DNA of 64,000 nucleotides from the NCBI GenBank assembly GCA_051453625.1, contig JBOZIK010000001.1, positions 28,322,032 through 28,386,031 on the forward strand, given 5' to 3'. The notes under the pieces are model-generated. The model saw only the letters and a list, made by a program, of their open reading frames with translations. It was not told where the DNA came from and did no database searches. Every line of letters begins with the position of its first letter. The first letter of the stretch is position 1. This DNA is from Welwitschia mirabilis (lineage: Eukaryota). Shown in pieces: positions 14,176 to 25,881 of this stretch. The translations under genes and the position numbers were made by a program.

Positions 14176-15391
14176 TGTTTTGATGCTAATTTGTATGTAT
14201 TTGATGGGCTATTTTAAGTACTTTCTAAGATATTTATATATTTTTAAATGCAACTTTCATGATTATTGAGAGTTGATATGATGATCATGGAAACGCATAA
14301 TTCTTAGTATATTTTGACGTATTTTAGGTATATTTTAATACTTAGTGTTTTGAAGAAAAGATCAATGATGTAGAAGGCTGATTTATCTTAAGCTGGAAAT
14401 ATAAGGAAGTCTATTATGCCCTGTGTTATTATCATAATAATCAATATGATAGTACTACTAATATGAAATAAAGTTGTGTGACTGACTACAGACTCAAAAG
14501 CTAATGACTCACCTATTATTGGGGCATCATTCCTAGTGTTTTCTAGATAATATAAAGAGCAATAACTATTTTATTTGAGTGAATTCAATTATCTTTTGTA
14601 TAGGGTCATGTAACCCATCTGGGCTGCTGGGGCTTCTTCTCTAACTTTTAGGGTTATGGTTCTAGAAACCCTAATTTAAAACTATAAATATCCTTATTGT
14701 CCTTATTTCCTACATATCTTTTATACCAGATATTATACGAGGTTCATCCCCATAGCTACAAAGATAAGTCTTAGTTAGTGTTGGGTTGTGTATCTTCTAT
14801 TGATGTGCTACTACTTTGTTTAGAAGTGGATGTTAATTCATAATTAATATAATAACTCTTTTCTATTCTATTGTGTAAACCTCCCTCATGGTTTACACTA
14901 GTTATGATTTTATCATAGCTTCATAGTTGATCTAGATCATGAGGGTAACCTTTATTAAGGTTAATATTTTTAGTTTAGATTTGTATTTATTTCATGTTGC
15001 ATTTTTATAATTACATATTCTATTCAATGTATCTTATAGATTTATGTTGGTTAGGATTAAGTGCTAGTTTCCTTAATTAATCTAAATTATAAGGACTAAT
15101 CTTAATGATAAGAAGATTGGCAGTCAAATATATTCATCATTTATTGCATTTAAATTTCATCATCATTTATCTTACATTACATTTGCATTATTTCTTATTT
15201 TATTTACATAAAAGAAAAAAGACTAAATATACTTTGTTGAAATCACTTCTCTAGTGTCTAGCCTTAGTTCCTTCAATGGATTATGATAGTTGGTTAACTC
15301 TCATTTATACTCGTTTGTGTTTTTCTATAGGTATTTTGATTTACAAGTTTTACCTAAGAACTTAAAGATTGTATAAATTCAAATGACAACA
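14176..15391 (+). repeat. 5' LTR of element A
   Basis: Colinear with 20823-21781 plus 31187-31415; TGTT start, ACA end, TATAAA at ~14683. Confidence 0.85.
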
Positions 15392-15967
15392 TTTTGACAC
15401 TACTATCAGTAAAGGGTATAAAGAGGGAGGATCATCACTATCCACATAAGTATCTTAGACTTCAGTTTAAGTTATTTATTTAAAATACTATTGTATTTAT
15501 ATTTTAGTTTTTATAGGTTTCTTTTTTAACAAATTTTTTATTTTAGTAGTGTTAATAAGTTCTGTCATCCTCTTTATCATTCCCATAACCAAGTGGAAAA
15601 CAATGTGCATTTTTGTCTTTTTTTATTTTAGTAATAAAATTTTCTAATTTTTGATAGTGTAATAAAGTTGAAATCATCCTCTTTATCATCCAAACAGTGA
15701 GGTGGATGACTATTTGTAGTTTTTGCTTTTGTTTCTAATATTTTTTGTAATTATTTTTTGGGTTCTTCACAAAATAAGTGTTTGTTATCCTTCATGTCAT
15801 CAAGACAACATCCAAGACAATGTTTTTATGCATCTTATGAGTAATTAAGGATTGACATGATTTGGTAAAAACATGAAATATTAGAGAAAACAGAGTTTAA
15901 TCTTCACATTATACTTATATTTTATCATCTTGATTAATTATCTTATTTTATCCTTCTTAATTATTTA

Positions 15968-17750
15968 ATGAATAGTGATAAAAAAATATTTGGAGAAATC
16001 CTTTCTAAAAGGAGGAAAAACTTGAGAAATTCTAAGGAAAATGGTAAGAAAGAACTTAGAGAAGTTTTTGCAAAAAGAGGAAGGAAAATAAAAAATAATG
16101 TTGAGAATAGGAATTGGGCTCATTCCTCTTTTTAACCTTTTTATTTTTTTCCCTTCTCTTTTTAGACATCATATAAAAATAATCATGAAAATTTTCAACA
16201 TTTTAGGTATTCCACGTTATCTAGAGAAACATCCTTCAATCATTTTAGTTATTCATCTCCCATGAATTACTATAAAGAAGATCCACCATCTATGAACTAC
16301 TATGAGAAAGAAAATAATCCAATGAAAGAAATGATTGATGAAATGAAGAATAGGTAAGAAGATACTAATAAGAACATAGAAAATTTGATTGAGATCTTTC
16401 AACAAATATTGTTATAAAATTAAAGTTCTTTTGTAATAAAACATCCTCAAAACTATTCTACTACATCCTAGCATAAGGAAAATGAGGAAAACTTAGTAAC
16501 AAGTAACAATGATTCTTGCTTTGAAATAGAAAATGACTTTTCAAAACAAAATTTAACATCTTACTCATTATGAGATGACCAAAAGGGAGACAGTGATAAC
16601 TTGACTCAATTTTTTAATAATAAGGATGAGGATGGTTATTCATTAGATTATGGCGTTAAGGTATTAGATTATATTCTTATCATCCATTTATTACTAGAAA
16701 ATCCATATGAGAAATCCATTCATGAAGAATCTAAAAACTTTTCAATCTATGATGAAGATGATGCTCACATTTCTCTTGATACTCTTTTTGATGAATCCAA
16801 CAACTTAAAGAATGAGAAGAATTCTCAATAATAGAAGAAAGATATAGTTAAAAAAAATGATGAAGAAAGTGAGGAAATAATTCAACAAACTAATTATGAA
16901 GATAATAATAAAGAATATGAATACAATGAAGGATACATATAGATTTATTCAAACTTTATAGATGATAGACTTGTTCATGCCAATACAATAAATAAACCTA
17001 AAAATTCTACCCATATTTCTCCATCCCTTTCAATTTTACATTCATGAAAAAGTTTAGATTAGATTCTTTCTTCTACTACTACTTTCATATTACCTTATCA
17101 TCTTGATATGATAACATTTTTCCTTTTCTTCTATTTGAACCTTTATGTCATTTTCAAAGCCATATCCCTTTTCTTAAATTCATGAAACTCATAATTTTAA
17201 AAAGCATATTCCTAATATCTATTAATCTCTTCTTTTTAAAAATCATTGTGATGCTTAAGATAACATCCTTCCCATTTCTATCAAATCATCTTGACATTGT
17301 ACCTTTCATGATTACTCATTTTAAAAGTATAACTTTAAATATCTTGGAATTTTAAATTTGGATAAACTTTATCTTCTTGATAATAATTCATTCTTAGAAT
17401 TAAATCCTAAGGAGCTTTTTAATCTTATTAAACACTCTATAAGGCCCTTAAAAACTTCTTGGATCCATTTTTTGAGTTATATCTTAAATGAATTATATAA
17501 TGATACTCAAGATTTATGATGTTTTAATAAGAGATTATTTATTCGTAAAATTTATCACTCCTTTATCTCTTATTTGGATTCTAAAATTTGTTCTATTAAA
17601 GTTTTATCATTTTACTCTCTTTTACTCAAATTGGTTTTACTTCAAAATGATTGTATACCTTTTATGTTTTATTAATTGTTTTCTATTTGGTTTAGCCCTT
17701 ATTTTTCTTAAAAGTAAAATACCTGAGTGCATCTTTTACTTAACTAATTA
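15968..17750 (+). pseudogene. Decayed basic/acidic ORF of unknown function inside element A, homologous to 59273-60940 in element C
   Basis: DQKGDSDNLTQFFNNKDEDGYSLD (A) vs EQRVDSDNLTTSFNNEDENSYLD (C); YLGILNLDKLYLLDNNSFLELNPKEL (A) vs YLGIINWQKPYLLDLNPCLELKVKEL (C). Confidence 0.6.
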
Positions 17751-18329
17751 GCCTTTTAATGGTTAGGTATTTATCATTTAGAAAAAGTAATTTTAATGGA
17801 TTAGTTAAAATATTCAATCTAAACACTCAGAAAATTTAGAAGTTATGGAAAAAAGGATAAACATCATTGGTATACTTATTGATTAAATCTTAAACATAAT
17901 AGAAGCACTTATCTTGGATTTTTTATTTTCTATTATTTAAATTCTTCGTTAGCCAATTCTTTGGTAAACATTATGGTATCACTTGAACATATTTAACTTT
18001 ACTAATGTTTTACTTTATGCATTTACCATGACTAGTAAATCTTTTACTTAGGAATTTTAAAGTAATAAGAATGACCCACCCAATTTTAAGACATTTAAAT
18101 ATCTATGAATTTCATGTCAAAGGAGGATGACTTTTTTTTTTTTTAATTCTCTTTCAGTGGTTTAAGTCTTTAGGTATTTAGGTGTACTCCTTTGTTTCGC
18201 ATTTCATTACTTCACCCTTATCCTTATGAGTCCTTAGTCATATGAAATTTAATAATTTACTTCTATTTAAAAAGAAAATAAATAAATGATAACCATGATC
18301 TTTTATCTCTGAGCTAAAACCATGGTGAT

Positions 18330-18483
18330 CATGATGTCCTACCACAAGCACACTAGGGCAAATTTTTCTAAGAGGAAACTTTGGTAATGTGATATGGTAT
18401 CTACAAGAACTCTATAAGGGAGTTATTTGGCCATGTTGTGTTGGTTCTTACTCCTCTAACATTGGTTTACTCCCCTCATCATG
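18330..18483 (+). other. Predicted conserved multi-stem RNA structure, copy in element A
   Basis: Closing stem catgatg/catcatg, ctacca/tggta., cacact./t.atgtg, gggagt/actccc; homologues at 23838-23992 and 58158-58312. Confidence 0.55.
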
Positions 18484-21400
18484 GAAATAATTATCACTTA
18501 CAGGATTTAGATCAGTTATGTTCCTAGTGTTAGAAGAGGTATTACTTATTTTTTGGACTAGATTTACATATAGTACTTTCATATGATCATTCTACTTTTT
18601 TAGATTAGTGCTATTTTGGAGTGTGAGTGAGTGAGTTTATTTCTGAGTTGCTTTTGATATTATCATTCATTGATCGAGAGCATTACGTATACTTCATGTC
18701 ATCATAATTATTGCCTATTCAAGTGGTACTTTATGAGTTTTTTAGATTATGTCATGCATCATTATTAGGTGGTTTTATGATTTCTACCAAATGATTTTAC
18801 TAGGTTAGAATCTTGGATAAGTAAAAAAAAAATCTTCTTCATGTTTCTAATTATCCAATTTTATTATGTTTTTCTTAGTTGTTTTATTTGATATTTTAAA
18901 TTCATTTCCATACTTTTTAAGAAATCATAATTAAGAATTGATAATTAAGTGGTTTTTTGTTTTCTTTTTATTTTTACTTAATGGTCTTTATTCATCAGGG
19001 GTGCTTTTCCTTTAGCACTTTGATTGATGTATGCATTTTACTTTGATTGATTCATTCCTTTTATTTTGTGATGATGCTATTTCTATTTCTTTTCTTTTGA
19101 ATTTGCATACATTTACTTGCAAATCTTGAATGACATATTGAGTTCTGTCACATCTAAGGATTTTCCTTTAGCATTAACTCTCTCTCTCTCTCTCTCTTCT
19201 TTGTGCATTATCACTACTTTCTTTGATATTCTTTTCTATTTCTTTGAGTTCTTTCCACTTGTAACTCCTTTATCATGATCATTTTGATGTCCATTCTTAG
19301 CTTTTTTCCATTTTTAAACTTTATGATAACTTTTCAAAGCTTTACTAATGCTATCATTGATTATCTAATCCTACTTGGATTTTACTATTTTTTCAAATCC
19401 TTCTTTTCCTAAGTGTGATCCCATGTCTGATATCCAAATGATGATATGGATGACCTGGTNNNNNNNNNNNNNNNNNNNNNNNNNNNNNNNNNNNNNNNNN
19501 NNNNNNNNNNNNNNNNNNNNNNNNNNNNNNNNNNNNNNNNNNNNNNNNNNNNNNNNNNNNNNNNNNNNNNNNNNNNNNNNNNNNNNNNNNNNNNNNNNNN
19601 NNNNNNNNNNNNNNNNNNNNNNNNNNNNNNNNNNNNNNNNNNNNNNNNNNNNNNNNNNNNNNNNNNNNNNNNNNNNNNNNNNNNNNNNNNNNNNNNNNNN
19701 NNNNNNNNNNNNNNNNNNNNNNNNNNNNNNNNNNNNNNNNNNNNNNNNNNNNNNNNNNNNNNNNNNNNNNNNNNNNNNNNNNNNNNNNNNNNNNNNNNNN
19801 NNNNNNNNNNNNNNNNNNNNNNNNNNNNNNNNNNNNNNNNNNNNNNNNNNNNNNNNNNNNNNNNNNNNNNNNNNNNNNNNNNNNNNNNNNNNNNNNNNNN
19901 NNNNNNNNNNNNNNNNNNNNNNNNNNNNNNNNNNNNNNNNNNNNNNNNNNNNNNNNNNNNNNNNNNNNNNNNNNNNNNNNNNNNNNNNNNNNNNNNNNNN
20001 NNNNNNNNNNNNNNNNNNNNNNNNNNNNNNNNNNNNNNNNNNNNNNNNNNNNNNNNNNNNNNNNNNNNNNNNNNNNNNNNNNNNNNNNNNNNNNNNNNNN
20101 NNNNNNNNNNNNNNNNNNNNNNNNNNNNNNNNNNNNNNNNNNNNNNNNNNNNNNNNNTACTTGTATAATTAGCATTATAGACATCATTTAGTAGGCCACA
20201 TTAGCATAATTACAGAACATTCTTATAGGTGTGATCCAAGATACTTAAGTGACCATGAACAAGGAAAGTAATATTATGATTATTTTTGTATTTACCCCTT
20301 GTAGATTGTATTTAAAACTTATTGATTAATTTTTATGCATCATTTTAAGTTATCACTACTTAGTTTATTATATCATTCTAAGTTATCAGTATTTTTGATT
20401 ATGCATATACATCATTATTTTCTAATTTACCATGGTTATATCTTATGGTAATTTTTGTGTATGACATTTAATTTTATCTTGTGATCTATTAAATCTTTTA
20501 AGTGGCAGGCTAATTAAGATTTCAATACTTGTTTTCTTTTTTTTAAATAATATGATCATGTTTACAAGAACTTAGTTTTAATTCTAATTTCCAAAGCCTG
20601 TCATCCTTACAATTGTCTAAATAACACATAAGACAACAGATATATTATGCGTACTACAGAAATATTACATTAGTTAATTAGTTTTTGATATTTGATCCAA
20701 TATGGTAAATATTTTTGAACTCAATTTACAATTTTCTAGTTATTATTTATCTTAGTTAAATTGGCTCATGATATTATTGATTAGTTACATTATCAGGAAC
20801 TGACAAGGCTAAGTGGTGGCTATGTTGCAATGCCAATTGATATGTATTTGATGGGGTACTTTTAGTACTTTTCTAGGATATTTATATAGGTCTAGATGTA
20901 ATTCTAATAATATGGAAAGTTGATGGAATGATCATTAGAACATATAATCATTGGTATATTTAGAGGTATTTTAGGCATATTCTAATACTTACTATTTTTA
21001 AGGGAAGATCAATAAAGCAAAAGGCTAATTTTTCTTAGTTGGAAATATAATGAAGCCTATTGTTCCCTTTGTCATCACCACAATAGCTAGGACGATAGTA
21101 CTGTTGACATAGAATAAAGCTATAAGGCTAACTATGAATCTAGAAGCTGATGGCTTACTTGTTATCAGGGCATCATCCTCAATGTCATTCAGATAATAAG
21201 AGAGATAAAAACTATTTTATCTAAGTGAATTTAATTATCTTTTGTAATGAGATCATTTACTCCATCTAGAGTACTAGGGTTTCTTCTCTAACTTTAAGGG
21301 TTATGATTCTAGAAACCCAAATTTAAAACTATAAACACCCATCTTGTCCTCATTCATAATTCATCTTTTGTACTAAATATTATTGTGATAGGAGACTGAA

Positions 21401-23837
21401 GAACAGGAGGTTTATCCATAGCTACAGAAAGAAGTCTTCCCTGGTGTTGAATTGTGTATTCTCTATTAAGGTGCTGCTACTTTTTTTGTAAGTAGATGTT
21501 AATTCATGATTAACACAAAAACTCTTTTCACCTCTATTGTGTGAATCTCCCTTATGATTTACATTGGTTATGATTTTGTGATAGCTTCATAGTTGATCTA
21601 GATCTAGTTGACATTGTTAGTTTATATTTGCATTCATTTCATGTCACATTTCCATAAATGCATATTTTAATTGATGTATCTTATAGCTTATGTTAGTTAG
21701 GATTAAGTGATAGTTTCCTTAATTGATTTAAGTTATAAGGACTAATCTTAGTTCCAGAAAGATTGGTAGATAAATCATCATTTTTGCAGTGTATATTTGT
21801 GTAAGTGATTAAGTCAAAAGGATTTTTTCATTCATAAAATAAATAGATATCTCACACAATACAACACATAATATGAGTGATAGTAGACCGAAAATGTTAT
21901 ATTCACTTTAAAGACTATGAGATAAGACTCAGATTACTTTGCACAAGAATAATAGAAACCAAAAATAAAGAATAATGTAAGAAATAAAAGGTATAATACA
22001 AATGCAAGATGCAACCTAATTTAACATGCAATGCAAAATGGAACTAATACTACTTTCTTTCAGCCTTAACAAAGGATGCCTTTGATAATCTATATTACCC
22101 AAGAAATTGTCACTAGATCAAGGGAAATGTATACTATAAGGGTTATCAGAAAATTTATAATACAAACATGAAAATAAAATAAGGTTTTTGTATTAAAAAT
22201 AGTAACAACATCTAGGTTATAAAATAGTTGAGATTTAATGAATGATACATAGCCCTCCATAAAAGAAACGTCTTTCTACAACACTTAAGATGAATCTCCC
22301 ACCCTTTAATCTCATATCATGAGAATTTTTGGTGTAATGAAGATGAGAAGAAGAGTTGAAGGAGGGCTTATTTATAATAAATCACAACAGAAAAGATAAA
22401 TAGAAGGCATAGCTAGGCATACTTTTTTACATAAATGAAATGAAATAGTTAAGGGTCACTATTAGAGTTAGTTACATATCAGTGTCGTCCTGACTATCAT
22501 CCGAATGATACAGGAATGATAGTTTATTATAAAAGGTAATTCAGCATGATGACTCAGTAGTGATTTATCAATCCTCATTAGCATTCAACAATGTTGTCAT
22601 CTTGCTTATCGTGGGAACGACAAAGGGGACAATGGTCTTCTTAATCATATTTTTAAGGAGAAACTTAGTATTTTTATCAGTAATTCTCCTTCAGAGCTAT
22701 GTACATCAGAATATGACTTAAATACATCAAATCTAGATAAGAATTATACATTTTTTAGATCTGTTATTGAATCTCCAAAATCCTCAGAATCATACTTAAA
22801 CCTATGTAAAAGTCCTATAAAATAACTCATAAAACCCCATCAAATAACCACAAATTGGTGATGTAACATATCCTCCCACTTAACCTTTCTCAGTTTCTAA
22901 TAAAATCTAGGTCAAAAACATAATTACCAGCTAATTTTTTTTTTAAGAAATAAATTTAAAATAATAAAATAGGCTTATAAAACACATTACATAGATAAAT
23001 AGTACGTAATGCATAATGTATATGAAAATTTGGAAAAAAATTTATCTCATGAAANNNNNNNNNNNNNNNACCCCTCCCCGTCTCTTCCGTCCCTCCATAA
23101 CCCCCACTCCCCCCTCCCCCTCTTCCCCACCTGAAAATAAAAAGCAATCGGTCCCATATTAGAAAATAAAGTAAAGAAAGTAGATGGGAGTGAGAAGGCA
23201 GGTAAAAGAGGAAAACTTTCTAAAATGAAGTGAAAAGCTAAGTAATGTCAAATTTGAAAAATACAAATCTATGAAATATTATAACAATGAATAATAAAAA
23301 TGTTTCGTTAAAAAAATAATTAAAAGTAGCACTTACAACACTAAAAAGAAAATTTATTAAAAAAACTCAACTAAGTAAGAAATCTACTTTTATTGAAGAC
23401 CAAATAAGAAAAAAATGATGATTAGAAAATATGGTAGTTACTTTGAAATAATTAACCAAACCATAAAAGAAAATAAATAAAATGGGCATAAGGTAATAAA
23501 AATGAAAGATAGATCACCGATCTGATATTTTAACCTAGCAAACTCCCAAGAAAGAAATCATAACATTACTTGATGTAAAAAATGAATGACTTAATGTATA
23601 AAAAATTTTATTCAATAAGGAAATAGTTATGACGATGCTAAAGATAAAATGAATGATTAGATCAAAGAATTGTTCAAAAATGAACTCACCTACCGTCATC
23701 TCAAAACAACATCCAAATCTCAAGAAATGAAATGATCATGTACAAAGACTAAAAGTTTAGGAAACAAGCAATACCTCTGATGAAATTAGGAACACCACTA
23801 ATCCCCTAGTTGTAAAGTTAAATACAACTTTATTATC

Positions 23838-23992
23838 CATGATGAGGGGAGTGCAACCATAGTTTAAGAAGCAAGAACCCATGAAACATGGCTAACTAAC
23901 CTCCCAGTGGAGTTCTCACAGCTACCATATTACACTACCAAAGGCTCCTTTCAGAAATATTTTCCCTAGTGTACTTATGGTAGAACATCATG
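23838..23992 (-). other. Predicted conserved multi-stem RNA structure, copy in element B
   Basis: Element sense: catgatg/catcatg, ctacca/tggtag, tacacta/tagtgta, gggag/ctccc, gccat-gttt/aaac-atggt. Confidence 0.6.
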
Positions 23993-25503
23993 TTGACTAT
24001 GTTTTTTTGAAATATCATAAATAAAGCATCATGGTCTAATTTACCCTTATGTTTTTCTTATATAAACAAAACAAACATTTCATATGATCAAACATTCTAA
24101 AAGACAAAGGTAAAAGTTGTAAGATAAAGATAGAAAAGAACACTTTTAAAGAATCTAAAACGTTTTCAGCATTAATAAAAATAAGCATCTTCCTCTAAAC
24201 TAAAGTTAATGAATGTATGAATGTCCTAAGATTGGGTAAATCCAATCCTACCACTAAAATACCCAAGTCAAAAGACTAGTTATGGAGATAAATACATAAG
24301 TAAAGTTTGAAGAATGATCAAGTAATTTCATAATAACCTCTAAAGGAAAAAAAAAACTAAGAGAAAATTTAGATGGTTTTCTTATGAAATTTCAAATTTT
24401 GTTCATTAACTTTCTGCAATTCTTAAGTAGTTAAATTAGAGATTTCAATAGAGCCATAAAAATGTATTTTATTAAATAATAGAAAACCAAAATTGATATT
24501 TTATTATCTATTATCTTAAGCATCATTTAGACGAAAAAAAGGATGATAGAGGTTGAGAAGCAGAAATTTATCAGAAAAACATAAAAAATTATCAGAAAGC
24601 TAGAAGAGTAGCAAAACTGACTATCGTCCATCTTATCATGAGGACAATAGAGGAGATGACAGATTATTATAATAGAAAATAGAAATACAGATTTCAAATA
24701 AACATAAAAACTAAAAACAGAAAATGAAATTAGAGACTATCAAAATAGAAGCTTAAAAAAATGGCAAGGCAAACAAATTTTATTCAATTTCTAAATCTAA
24801 CTCACACTTTTATTAAAAAAAAAAAAGAAAAAGAAAAATTTAAGAATCTATTTTGATCCCAAGATTTTTAGAGAAATAAGATCCAAACCAAAAATTTTCT
24901 AATTGATAAAAACATAAGAGATGTATAATTACTTCTAAGTAAAATTAATTGGATGAAGAGAGAAGTAATGGAGAGCACTCTATAATACCATATTAAAGCA
25001 CAAATTTTAAAAGTTAAATTAGAGAGAAATGGTAACTCTGATAAATTATTATCATTGAATGTAAGAGTTTTATTTTAAAAATATTAAGAAAAATTATATG
25101 TAAGTCCATTAAAAATATTTTCATCTAAATTTAAATTATGATCTTTAATTTTTAATTTATGTAATGAACAATCTTCTTCATAATCTTTCTTGAAAAGTTA
25201 GACTTCCTTACACTCTAAAGGTTTTAGTTCTTCTTCATTCTTAAGTTTTTCATCACAAATCACATGTTCATTTGATTTTATCTCTCTTTCTTTAAGTGGG
25301 TGATGTTATAGAAATAAATTTAATATGATATTATCTTCAATGTTTATTTCATTACCTAAATCTTTCTTAGCTGCATCAAAAACTGTAATTAAAAATGTTT
25401 TATTTCTAAAGTGACATTTCATTATTCTAGCACTTGTATCAATGATGCAATGGGATATTGCACAAAAGGCTCTTCCTCGAAGTAAAGGATGTCCTCTGTT
25501 ATG

Positions 25504-25881
25504 CTAAACTTTTATGATAATTACATCTATGGGGTAGCAAGCCTCTTCTATTTGAATTGCCAAATCTTTAATGATACCTATCGATTTCTTAACTGAAGTG
25601 TTTGCTAATTCTAAGACAACAAGAGTAGGCTCTATTCTATCCTCTGAATCAAGTCTCTTACAAATGTGAAGGGACATAATATTAGCACTCGCTCTAATGT
25701 CTAGAAAGGCTTTTTTAATCTTTTTGTTTCCCTCCAAAGTAATATTCATCATAGTTGCTCCTAGATATTTAGATTTGAATGATTTTTGTAATACTAAATT
25801 TGTAAGGGATTGGGCTAGAAAGACTTTACTAAGGATGATTTTAGGTCCTTCCAAAGTTTTGAGTACCTCAGATTTTTCCAA
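25504..25881 (-). pseudogene. Gypsy aspartic protease fragment (element B)
   Basis: KAFLDIRASANIMSL ... LELANTSVKKSIGIIKDLAIQI matches the Athila protease pattern LDLGASVN ... LQLAD ... GIIEDV. Confidence 0.85.

Noticed and set aside
19375-20187. Long ORFs in the track (also 32115-32406, 37528-37797, 53681-53977)
   Set aside because: They are mostly X residues translated across assembly gaps.
23830-23900. Hammerhead-like ATGATGAG...GAAAC in element B; twister-like ACACTGCCAA in C
   Set aside because: The core is AUGAUGA, not CUGAUGA, GAAAC is absent from A and C, and the remaining twister core is missing.
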